Source: Methanothermobacter thermautotrophicus str. Delta H (lineage in GTDB: Archaea; Methanobacteriota; Methanobacteria; Methanobacteriales; Methanothermobacteraceae). From it: a DNA stretch of 32,000 nucleotides. Within the stretch, counting starts at the first letter, position 1. Every line of letters starts with the position of its first letter. The notes beneath the pieces were generated by a model. The model was given only the letters and a program-made list of their open reading frames with translations, was not told the origin of the DNA and did not search any database. Shown here piece by piece: positions 20,239-28,388 of the stretch. A program made the position numbers and the translations under genes. The stretch spans positions 1,230,001 to 1,262,000 of the forward strand of contig NC_000916.1 in assembly GCF_000008645.1 (NCBI RefSeq), written 5' to 3'.

Positions 20239-21174
20239 TTAATCAACGATACCCGCGGTTGTTATCTTGAAGACACACTCACCCTCGGGCAGGTGGGGAC
20301 TGTCAACCAGCCTGGCTATCCTCTTACCTGCAAGCCCCTTCTTGAGCCAGATACGGTAGGTTGCGGCGTGACCAAGCACGTGTCCACCTATGGCCTTGGT
20401 GGGGCTTCCGAAGAACGCATCCGGTCTGGCCTGGACCTGGTTTGTGACAAATACCGCGGCGTTATAGGTGTTTGCTATGTTCTGAAGGGTGTGAAGGTGC
20501 TGGTTGAGTTTCTGCTGCCTTGTTGCAAGGGCCTCCCTACCCACATACTCTGCCCTGAAGTGGGCGGTGAGGGAGTCCACAATCACAAGGCGTATGTTCT
20601 TACCCTCCTGGATGAGCTCATTGACCTTCTCTGCCATGAGGATCTGGTGGCTGGAATTGAAGGCCCTTGCAATGTGTATCTTATTCAGAACCTCCTCAAG
20701 GTCAAGTTCAAAGGCATTTGCTATCTGCTCAATCCTCTCAGGACGGAATGTGTTCTCTGTGTCTATGAAAACAGCCTCAGCATCCAGTCCTCCCCTCTCC
20801 TCTGGCAGCTGAACCGTGACTGCAAGTTCATGGGACAGCTGACTCTTACCTGACCCGAATTCTCCGAAAACCTCGGTTATTGCCTGTGTCTCGATTCCGC
20901 CACCTATCAGTTCATCGAGGGCCTTGCTCCCCGTTGTGATCCTCCCCACATCCTTCCGTCTCTCCATGACATCGAAGGCTGTTTCAAAGTCTATCTTCTC
21001 AGCCCTTCTGGCAGCCTCTATCACCTTTTCAGCCACGCCCTCACCAATCTCTGCCTTCACAGAGAGTTCCTTGGCTGTGGCTGTTGCAAGACGCATCATG
21101 TCACCGAAACCTGCGTCCCTTAATTTCTGTGCTGTTTTAGCCCCTACATTTGGTAGATCTTCCAGTTCAACCAT
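20239..21174 (-). CDS. radA: DNA repair and recombination protein RadA
   Basis: The 311-aa ORF has an N-terminal HhH region, Walker [10 protein letters not shown] and Walker B LVIVDS. It shows full-length archaeal RadA similarity. Confidence 0.95.
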   Translation of the reverse strand: MVELEDLPNVGAKTAQKLRDAGFGDMMRLATATAKELSVKAEIGEGVAEKVIEAARRAEKIDFETAFDVMERRKDVGRITTGSKALDELIGGGIETQAITEVFGEFGSGKSQLSHELAVTVQLPEERGGLDAEAVFIDTENTFRPERIEQIANAFELDLEEVLNKIHIARAFNSSHQILMAEKVNELIQEGKNIRLVIVDSLTAHFRAEYVGREALATRQQKLNQHLHTLQNIANTYNAAVFVTNQVQARPDAFFGSPTKAIGGHVLGHAATYRIWLKKGLAGKRIARLVDSPHLPEGECVFKITTAGIVD

Positions 21175-21226
21175 TTTAATCTCCCTTAAATCTTTAAATA
21201 TTCATTAAGCATGGATCGTCGGTAAA

Positions 21227-21793
21227 TTAAAGTTCCTTCTTTACGACCTTTCTGGGTATGAACCTTAGCTCCTCGCTGTAAACATCCATATCTGCATTGC
21301 CAATAACCCTCACGGTTACTCCATTCAGATCCTCCACACGTTCTTCAAGTGCAGATTCATCTGCAGACTGGTTGATAATGTTCACAACCTCATCTGTTGT
21401 CATTTCAAGGATACTCTCTGCCTCCCTTCCAAAGAAGGTTATCATGACCTCACCGGTGTCGTCCATGATCCTCCCGGGGATCATGAGGAGGTAGCGTGGT
21501 TCATCCACCAGTTCCCCGCAGAAGTTGCATATGTTCTCATCGCTGAGATCAAGCCTCTCATTGCAGGATGGGCACTTTATGGAGAGAATCCGTCTTCCTG
21601 ACATCTCGATCAGCTCACCCTCTATGAGGACGTTCCTTGAATCCTCATCCAGATCCGCAATATCACGGTGGGGATAGAGCATCTCCTGGAGTTCATCGAA
21701 GGATGGGAGACCCTCAAGGTCCCTCTCGCTGGCCGGTTCAATCCTTGAACTGTTTCCTATGCTGAGTTTCAAGTCTTCCACCACCCATATCAT
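21227..21793 (-). CDS. rpa: Replication protein A, C-terminal part (zinc-ribbon-containing OB fold), separated from the upstream ORF by a frameshift
   Basis: The 188-aa ORF carries a CPSCNERL...CNFCG zinc ribbon embedded in an OB-like module. Its N-terminal LPSFDELQEMLY linker is the same as the inter-repeat linker of the upstream ORF. The two ORFs overlap by 56 nt. Confidence 0.8.
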   Translation of the reverse strand: MIWVVEDLKLSIGNSSRIEPASERDLEGLPSFDELQEMLYPHRDIADLDEDSRNVLIEGELIEMSGRRILSIKCPSCNERLDLSDENICNFCGELVDEPRYLLMIPGRIMDDTGEVMITFFGREAESILEMTTDEVVNIINQSADESALEERVEDLNGVTVRVIGNADMDVYSEELRFIPRKVVKKEL

Positions 21794-23606
21794 CCCTGAA
21801 AACCACCCGGGGATTTTCTATCTTGACGGGGTCCCCTATGCTCAGGGGTTTCTCAGCAGCATCGTCCCAGAGGCTGGCCCTTATTGATCCCGTGTCATCA
21901 GCGAATTCAGCTGTCCTCACAAGTCCGGGGGTGCCGTCACCCCTCTGGAACTCCCTGGGTTCAAAGAGGTCAACGACCCTTGCAATTATCCTTATGTTCC
22001 TGTCGTCCTCCTCGAGGTCGGCTATTTTCTTTGTCTGATAGAGCATCTCCTCAAGTTCCTCAAAGGATGGAAGGTCCTCCATGTCCTCTGGCAGGGGGTT
22101 CACTATCCTTGTTGTTCGTCCGGCGCTGAGTTCCACGCTGTAGAGTCCAAGCCTTATGCGTGCGTTTTCTATTCTGACTGCGTCGCCGATATTCATGGGT
22201 TTCTCGGCCTTTTCATCCCAGAGACTGATCCTTATCTTGCCTGTCTCATCGGCAAGTTCCATTGACCTCACGATTCCGGTCCCGTCTTCCCTCTCAAATT
22301 CGCGGGGGTCACTGAGGCTGAAGATCCTTCCAACGACATCGACTTCCTCTCCCTCATCCTCCATTTCAAGTATCTCAGATATCTTCATTGGCCTCATCTG
22401 TTCCCTGTACTCCTCAAGGACCTTCAGCAGTGCACCGTCGGATTCAGGGTTGAGGGTGATGCGGGTGTTGAAGTTCGTGTTTATCCTGTAGGACTGGTTG
22501 AAGTCATCGAACTCGACATTGGCACCTGATATCCTGATGATATCCCCCTTGTTGATTTTGATGCGTGTATCCTCATCCCAGAGGGTTACCCTTGCAGATC
22601 CCGTGTCATCGGCTATCTCAATGGACTTCACAGAACCTGTTGTGCCGTCGTTTCTCTCAAATTCTACCGGGTCATTGACCTTTGTCACAAGGCCCATCAC
22701 AGTGACGTTTCTCATCTCATGGAGGTCCCCTATCTTCACGAGCTCCTCCCTGAATTCAGGTACATCGTATTCACCCGGCACCACCCTTGTGAGGCTGGTG
22801 TGGGTGAGGGTAACCTTATCGTCCCTTCTCCTTGGCTGGGCCCAGAGTATCTTCACTGCATCACCCTCCTTCAGTCCCAGTTCCTCAACGAGGTTTACGT
22901 CATTGTTCCAGAGGGTGTAGGTCGTTGAACCCGTTGCATCCATGATGTCCAGGGAGATGAACCTGCCCTCCCTTCCGTCCCTCTCAAAGGTCCTTACACG
23001 GGATACTCCTGTGATCCTTGCTATGACATTGACCTCATCATCCTCCACCAGATCTCCTATCGGGGTTATCTCCTCACGGTACTCAGGGAATTCAGGGTAG
23101 TCCTCGGGGTCAAGGACCTCCACGGTGGATCTTGGCATGAGGTGGGCCTCCTTCCTGCCGCCGAATCCTCCCCTTATGTTAACATCCTTTATCCTTATCA
23201 CATCGCCCTCCCTGAATTTCTTGAGGAGCTTGATGTTCTCTGTCCAGAACACTGCCCTGAGTTCACCTGTATCATCTGCGATTATCACGTTGGCGAGTTT
23301 CCCCTCCCTTCCCTTCCTGGTGGTGAAGGTCCTGGGGCTTGATATCTTCATGACCCTCCCTGTCACAGGGGTTTCGGCTCCCTCCTCAAGCTTGGATATT
23401 GTGTCCATCCTGTGTTCGGGTTTCTCGGATAGCATGGTGTTTTTTTCCTTCAGGATATCATCAACGACTGTCGATGCAATGGTAAGGTCATCCATGAATC
23501 CTATGTCCCCTAATTCCTCTTTCTTTTTTTCTATGAGTTCCTCAAATTCCTCAGGGGAGATCCTGTCCTTAATTCTTTCATATTCCCTCTTCAATTCTTC
23601 CTTCAT
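21738..23606 (-). CDS. rpa: Replication protein A (single-stranded DNA-binding protein), N-terminal part with five tandem OB-fold modules
   Basis: The 622-aa ORF has five about 100-aa repeats of the pattern ..I.DL....V.V.GRV......R.F.R.DG..G.V.S..I.DDTG.IR.TLWD. GAGGGA lies upstream of ATG 23606. Confidence 0.9.
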   Translation of the reverse strand: MKEELKREYERIKDRISPEEFEELIEKKKEELGDIGFMDDLTIASTVVDDILKEKNTMLSEKPEHRMDTISKLEEGAETPVTGRVMKISSPRTFTTRKGREGKLANVIIADDTGELRAVFWTENIKLLKKFREGDVIRIKDVNIRGGFGGRKEAHLMPRSTVEVLDPEDYPEFPEYREEITPIGDLVEDDEVNVIARITGVSRVRTFERDGREGRFISLDIMDATGSTTYTLWNNDVNLVEELGLKEGDAVKILWAQPRRRDDKVTLTHTSLTRVVPGEYDVPEFREELVKIGDLHEMRNVTVMGLVTKVNDPVEFERNDGTTGSVKSIEIADDTGSARVTLWDEDTRIKINKGDIIRISGANVEFDDFNQSYRINTNFNTRITLNPESDGALLKVLEEYREQMRPMKISEILEMEDEGEEVDVVGRIFSLSDPREFEREDGTGIVRSMELADETGKIRISLWDEKAEKPMNIGDAVRIENARIRLGLYSVELSAGRTTRIVNPLPEDMEDLPSFEELEEMLYQTKKIADLEEDDRNIRIIARVVDLFEPREFQRGDGTPGLVRTAEFADDTGSIRASLWDDAAEKPLSIGDPVKIENPRVVFRDDMGGGRLETQHRKQFKD

Positions 23607-23909
23607 TTTGGTCCCTCACTTGATTAATAATATCACGCCCCGTCTATAAAAGACTTGGTGAGCTCCTGAAAACTAATAAGTTATTACTATATATTTAAAT
23701 CTTATTATCAAAGTATTTATAGGGCCGGGTGAAAATATAGATGTAAAATTCAGACGAGTTTTTCAGTATGAAGGCGAAAGACAGTTATCCAGTGAACATA
23801 TGGGGACATCAGAAGGTTAAAGAGGCTCTAATTTTCACAGACTGCCCCATGGACCACTTGCTGGAACCTTTATGAACCCTTCAATTATTCTGCTAAAGGA
23901 GGATAGAAG

Positions 23910-25169
23910 ATGTCTATGACTGTTTCTGAGAAGATACTTGCCAGGGCTTCAGGTAAGGATAGGGTGGAAGCCGGTGAAATAGTTATGGCGGATATAGATG
24001 TTGCGATGACCCATGACCTCACAGGTCCCCTGTCGGTTGAGTCCTTCAGGGCCATAGGTGAGGATAGGGTCTGGGACCCTGAAAAAATCGTTGTGATATT
24101 CGATCACCAGGTCCCTGCAGACTCCATTGAAGCCGCCCAGAACCACATGATAATGAGGGACTTCGTAGAGGAGCAGGGAATACGGAACTTCTATGACGTT
24201 CGTGAAGGCGTCTGTCACCAGGTGCTCCCTGAGAAGGGCCATGTTGTGCCCGGTGAGGTCGTGGTGGGTACAGACTCCCACACCTGCACCCACGGGGCCC
24301 TCGGAGCCTTCGCAACGGGTATAGGTTCAACAGATATGGCCATGGTATTTGCAACTGGGAAACTTTGGTTCAGGGTCCCTGAAACCCTGAGATTTGATGT
24401 GAGGGGAAAACTCAGGGAGCACGTCTATGCAAAGGACGTCATACTGAACATAATAGGGAGGGTTGGTGCCGATGGCGCAACCTACATGGCCTGTGAATTT
24501 GCAGGTGAAACCGTTGCAGAAATGAGTGTATCCGACCGTATGGTCCTCTCAAATATGGCAATAGAGATGGGTGGTAAGACAGGAATCGTGGAACCTGACG
24601 AAAAAACCCTGAACTATGTCAGGAGGAGGTCAGGTAAACCCTGGAGGGTCTTCAAAACAGACCCTGACGCTCCATCCCTCAGTGTCATGGAGGTCGACGT
24701 GAGTGACCTTGAACCCCAGGTCGCCTGTCCACACAATGTGGACAATGTGAAACCCGTCACCGAGGTGGAGGGGACAGAGATAGACCAGGTCTTCCTTGGT
24801 TCATGCACAAATGGAAGGCTCAGTGACCTCAGGGACGCTGCCGCCATACTGAAGAACAGGAAGGTCTCAGACAGTGTCAGGATGCTCGTCATACCTGCCT
24901 CCAGGGAGGTCTACCGCAGGGCCCTTGACGAGGGACTGATTGAGATATTCGTGGATGCAGGAGCCCTGGTATGCAACCCCTGCTGCGGCCCCTGCCTCGG
25001 AGGACACGTTGGACTGGTCGGACCAGGGGAGGTGAGCCTCTCAACCTCAAACAGGAACTTCAGGGGGAGGCAGGGAAGCCCCGAAGCAGAGGTCTACCTC
25101 TCCTCAGCAGCCGTGGCAGCCGCATCTGCAGTGAAGGGCAGCATAACCCACCCTGGGAGTCTGAAGTAG
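23910..25169 (+). CDS. leuC: 3-isopropylmalate dehydratase (aconitase-family) large subunit
   Basis: The 419-aa ORF has the aconitase-family Cys ligands ([17 protein letters not shown]). AGGAGG lies upstream of the ATG. It is followed by the small-subunit and dehydrogenase genes. Confidence 0.85.
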   Translation: MSMTVSEKILARASGKDRVEAGEIVMADIDVAMTHDLTGPLSVESFRAIGEDRVWDPEKIVVIFDHQVPADSIEAAQNHMIMRDFVEEQGIRNFYDVREGVCHQVLPEKGHVVPGEVVVGTDSHTCTHGALGAFATGIGSTDMAMVFATGKLWFRVPETLRFDVRGKLREHVYAKDVILNIIGRVGADGATYMACEFAGETVAEMSVSDRMVLSNMAIEMGGKTGIVEPDEKTLNYVRRRSGKPWRVFKTDPDAPSLSVMEVDVSDLEPQVACPHNVDNVKPVTEVEGTEIDQVFLGSCTNGRLSDLRDAAAILKNRKVSDSVRMLVIPASREVYRRALDEGLIEIFVDAGALVCNPCCGPCLGGHVGLVGPGEVSLSTSNRNFRGRQGSPEAEVYLSSAAVAAASAVKGSITHPGSLK

Positions 25170-25180
25170 AGGTGATGGTA

Positions 25181-25669
25181 ATGAAAGGAAAGGTTTGGAA
25201 GTTCCCGGACGACGTGGACACTGACATAATCATACCCGGAAGGTACCTTGTAATGAGGGACCCTGAGAAGCTGAGGGAACACGTGATGGAGGGTCTGGAC
25301 CCTGAATTCCCGTCAAAGGTGAAACCCGGTGACTTCATCGTCGCCGGAAAAAACTTCGGGTGCGGTTCATCCAGGGAGCACGCCCCCCTGGCCCTGAAGG
25401 GTGCCGGGATAGCCGCGGTAATCGCAGAGTCCTTTGCAAGGATATTCTACAGGAACGCCATAAACGTTGGAATACCCCTCCTTGAGGCCCCGGGGATAAC
25501 AGAGAAACTCAATGAGGGTGATGAGATAGAGGTGGACCTCGATAGGGGTGTTATAATAAGGGGAGATGATGAATTCCCCTTCAAGAAACTCCCGGACTTC
25601 ATGGTTGAGATACTCGAGAAGGGTGGTCTTATACCCTACCTCAAGAAAAAGGGAGACTTTAAAGGGTGA
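25181..25669 (+). CDS. leuD: 3-isopropylmalate dehydratase small subunit
   Basis: Track ORF 24971..25669 runs upstream into leuC in another frame. The real start is ATG 25181 (MKGKVWKF) after GGTGAT at 25171-25176. It has the GCGSSREHA motif, and the substrate loop GRYLVMRD is of IPMI type. Confidence 0.85.
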   Translation: MKGKVWKFPDDVDTDIIIPGRYLVMRDPEKLREHVMEGLDPEFPSKVKPGDFIVAGKNFGCGSSREHAPLALKGAGIAAVIAESFARIFYRNAINVGIPLLEAPGITEKLNEGDEIEVDLDRGVIIRGDDEFPFKKLPDFMVEILEKGGLIPYLKKKGDFKG

Positions 25670-25674
25670 AATCA

Positions 25675-26655
25675 ATGAAGATAGCAGTCATACCCGGTGA
25701 TGGAATCGGAGTGGAGGTGATGGAGGCAGCCCTCCACATCCTGAACACCCTCGACCTTGACCTTGAATTCATACATGCAGATGCCGGTGATGCCTGCCTT
25801 AAAAGGACAGGGACGGCACTGCCAGAGGAGACCCTTGAAGCCGTGGGTGAAGCCAGGGCAACCCTCTTCGGGGCTGCGGGTGAAAGCGCAGCTGACGTTA
25901 TAGTCCGCCTGAGGCGTGAATTTGATCTTTTTGCGAATTTGAGGCCTGTTAAGTCCCTGCCAGGTGTCCCCTGCCTCTACCCGGACCTTGACTTTGTGAT
26001 TGTGCGGGAGAACACCGAGGACCTCTATGTCGGTGACGAGGAGTACACCCCTGAGGGCGCCGTTGCAAAAAGAATCATAACAAGAACCGCCTCCAGGAGA
26101 ATCAGCCAATTCGCCTTCCAGTACGCCCAGAAAGAGGGCATGCAAAAGGTAACAGCAGTCCACAAGGCCAACGTACTCAAAAAAACCGACGGAATCTTCA
26201 GAGACGAATTCTATAAAGTGGCATCAGAATACCCCCAGATGGAGGCCACCGACTACTACGTGGACGCCACAGCAATGTACCTCATAACCCAGCCCCAGGA
26301 ATTCCAGACCATCGTCACAACCAACCTATTCGGAGACATACTATCAGACGAAGCCGCAGGACTCATCGGAGGACTCGGACTCGCACCATCAGCAAACATA
26401 GGAGAAAAAAACGCACTATTCGAACCAGTGCACGGATCAGCACCCCAAATCGCAGGAAAAAACATAGCCAACCCCACAGCCATGATACTAACAACCACAC
26501 TAATGCTAAAACACCTCAACAAAAAACAAGAAGCCCAAAAAATAGAAAAAGCACTCCAAAAAACCCTTGCAGAGGGTCTTGTGACACCGGACCTCGGTGG
26601 GAAGCTTGGCACCATGGAGATGGCTGCCGAGATAGCCAGACACCTGGAGGATTGA
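25675..26655 (+). CDS. leuB: 3-isopropylmalate dehydrogenase (beta-decarboxylating dehydrogenase family)
   Basis: Track ORF 25666..26655 (GTG overlapping the leuD stop). ATG 25675 gives MKIAVIPGDGIG, the canonical N-terminus, and the NLFGDILSD motif is present. The leuB rather than aksF assignment is by synteny only. Confidence 0.8.
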   Translation: MKIAVIPGDGIGVEVMEAALHILNTLDLDLEFIHADAGDACLKRTGTALPEETLEAVGEARATLFGAAGESAADVIVRLRREFDLFANLRPVKSLPGVPCLYPDLDFVIVRENTEDLYVGDEEYTPEGAVAKRIITRTASRRISQFAFQYAQKEGMQKVTAVHKANVLKKTDGIFRDEFYKVASEYPQMEATDYYVDATAMYLITQPQEFQTIVTTNLFGDILSDEAAGLIGGLGLAPSANIGEKNALFEPVHGSAPQIAGKNIANPTAMILTTTLMLKHLNKKQEAQKIEKALQKTLAEGLVTPDLGGKLGTMEMAAEIARHLED

Positions 26656-26660
26656 TATTC

Positions 26661-27854
26661 ATGCGTACAGAGGACGTCAGGAGAGACATACCCCTCCTCA
26701 GGGATCATGTCTACCTCGACGCTGCCAGCACAACCCCCACTCCACTCCCGGTTGTCAGGGCCATGACAGAATACTTTAAGGAATACAATGCCAACACCGG
26801 GAGGGGGGCCTACTCCCTGGTGCTAAGGGCCACCAGGAAACTCCAGGAGGCCAGGGAGAAGGTGGCTGGGTTCATAAACGCCTCCAGTGATGAGATAGTA
26901 TTCACCAAGAACACCTCTGAGGCCATCAACATCGTGGCGGGGGGACTCAGGTTCAGGAAGGGGGACTCAGTTGTTGTGCCAAACATCGAACACCACTCCA
27001 ACTTCCTCCCCTGGCTGAGGCTCCGTGAGAGGGGAGTTGATGTGAGGGTGGTGAAGGCAGATGAAGGGGGAGTGGTGGACCCCGGCAGAATAGAGGACGC
27101 CGTTGATGAGACCACAAGGCTCGTCACCGTGACCCACATCTCCAATGCCCTCGGTACGGTGCAGGACGTGAAGGAGATAGGGAGGATAGCCCATGACGTG
27201 GGGGCCCTCTACCTGGTTGATGCCGCCCAGTCGATAGGCCACATGGAGGTTGATGTGAGGGCCATTGGGGCTGACTTCGCAGCATTCCCTGGACACAAGG
27301 GGACCCTGGGACCTGTTGGCACGGGATTCCTCTACTGCAGCACTGATGTCCAGGGAGAACTTGAACCCCTGATGCTGGGGGGAGGTACGGTGCTTGATGT
27401 CTCAGAGGACGGATATGTGCTCGAGGACTTCCCGGCGAAGTTTGAGGCCGGCACCCTCAACATTGCAGGATTCATAGGCCTCGGTGCCTCAATAGACTAC
27501 ATGAACAGGATAGGAATCAGGAGGATCCAGAAACATGGCATGAAGATGACAGAGGAACTCCACGCTACCGTTTCATCCATCGATGGTATTGAATGCTATG
27601 GTGACCCCCAAAATATTTATGGTATCCTCTCCTTCAACATAAATAACATGGACCCCCACGACGTTGCAAAGATTCTTGACGAAACCGCCGGGATCTGTGT
27701 TAGAAGTGGTCACCACTGCGCTATACCTGCAATGAAGCACCTGGCGCTCCATGAAACCGGCGGCACCGTCAGGGCATCCATACACTACTACAACACATCA
27801 GAGGAAATCCAGCTCCTCGGAGAGACCCTCGAGGAAATAGCAGGGATGGGGTGA
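26661..27854 (+). CDS. Cysteine desulfurase-like class V aminotransferase (SufS/CsdA-type)
   Basis: Track ORF 26652..27854 (TTG), with ATG at 26661. It has the PLP-lysine motif FPGHKGTLGPVGTGFLY and the catalytic-Cys motif RSGHHCA. Confidence 0.8.
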   Translation: MRTEDVRRDIPLLRDHVYLDAASTTPTPLPVVRAMTEYFKEYNANTGRGAYSLVLRATRKLQEAREKVAGFINASSDEIVFTKNTSEAINIVAGGLRFRKGDSVVVPNIEHHSNFLPWLRLRERGVDVRVVKADEGGVVDPGRIEDAVDETTRLVTVTHISNALGTVQDVKEIGRIAHDVGALYLVDAAQSIGHMEVDVRAIGADFAAFPGHKGTLGPVGTGFLYCSTDVQGELEPLMLGGGTVLDVSEDGYVLEDFPAKFEAGTLNIAGFIGLGASIDYMNRIGIRRIQKHGMKMTEELHATVSSIDGIECYGDPQNIYGILSFNINNMDPHDVAKILDETAGICVRSGHHCAIPAMKHLALHETGGTVRASIHYYNTSEEIQLLGETLEEIAGMG

Positions 27855-27858
27855 TTTA

Positions 27859-27939
27859 ATGAATAAGGCACAGGCAATAGCATTACTGATAGTGATAATA
27901 ATGGTCCTGAGTACCATTGCAGGTGCACTTGTACTCTAA
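27859..27939 (+). CDS. Putative 26-aa single-helix membrane micropeptide (MNKAQAIALLIVIIMVLSTIAGALVL)
   Basis: Not in the ORF track because it is below the length cutoff. ATG 27859 lies 4 nt after the desulfurase stop and is preceded by GGGGTGA. A charged N-terminus is followed by an uninterrupted 20-residue hydrophobic stretch, with TAA at 27937-27939. The SD for ribH follows. Confidence 0.45.
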   Translation: MNKAQAIALLIVIIMVLSTIAGALVL

Positions 27940-27952
27940 ATGGAGGTATTGA

Positions 27953-28372
27953 ATGAAAAAAGTCAGGATAGGGGCTGTTGTAGCTGAGTTTAACTATGAC
28001 ATAACCCATATGATGCTGGAACTTGCAAAGGAACATGCCAGATTCCTTGATGCAGAGATAACCAGGGTGATTGCTGTACCCGGCGTGTTTGACATGCCAC
28101 TTGCAGTGAAGAAACTCCTTCTGGAAGATGAGATAGACGCCGTGATAACCCTAGGGGCGGTCATCGAGGGAGCCACCGACCATGACCAGATAGTCGTGCA
28201 GCACGCCTCACGTAAAATAGCCGACCTGGCCCTTGATTATGACAAGCCCGTGGCCCTCGGAATATCAGGACCCGGAATGACGAGGCTCGAGGCCCACCAG
28301 CGCGTTGACTACGCCAAGAGGGCTGTTGAGGCAGCTGTTAAAATGTACAGAAGACTTAAAGAGGATATTTAG
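27953..28372 (+). CDS. ribH: 6,7-dimethyl-8-ribityllumazine synthase
   Basis: The 139-aa ORF shows archaeal RibH-like sequence (VPGVFDMPLAVKKLL...ITLGAVIEGATDH). GGAGGT lies upstream of the ATG. Confidence 0.85.
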   Translation: MKKVRIGAVVAEFNYDITHMMLELAKEHARFLDAEITRVIAVPGVFDMPLAVKKLLLEDEIDAVITLGAVIEGATDHDQIVVQHASRKIADLALDYDKPVALGISGPGMTRLEAHQRVDYAKRAVEAAVKMYRRLKEDI

Positions 28373-28388
28373 TTTCCGGGGAGCTTCC

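Noticed and set aside
23768-23875. 35-codon ORF upstream of leuC as a leucine attenuation leader peptide
   Set aside because: It has no SD and only four Leu codons, not in tandem runs. Attenuation of this bacterial type is not established in archaea. It is kept only as part of the long-leader observation.
24971-25180. Upstream 70-codon extension of the leuD ORF, and similar extensions 28305..28388, 9569..9625, 3615..3665 and 13934..13960
   Set aside because: The extensions overlap the preceding gene or contain the SD for an internal start. The internal starts give canonical family N-termini.
26256-26708. Long antisense ORFs opposite leuB (26256..26708, 150 aa, and 25672..26163, 163 aa)
   Set aside because: They lie opposite a clearly genuine gene. 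In the frame of 26256..26708, wobble positions coincide with the leuB wobble positions, so the A/C-only third positions of leuB remove TAA and TGA from the antisense frame. That explains the open frame. The translations are low-complexity (Ser/Pro/Ala-rich) with no SD.
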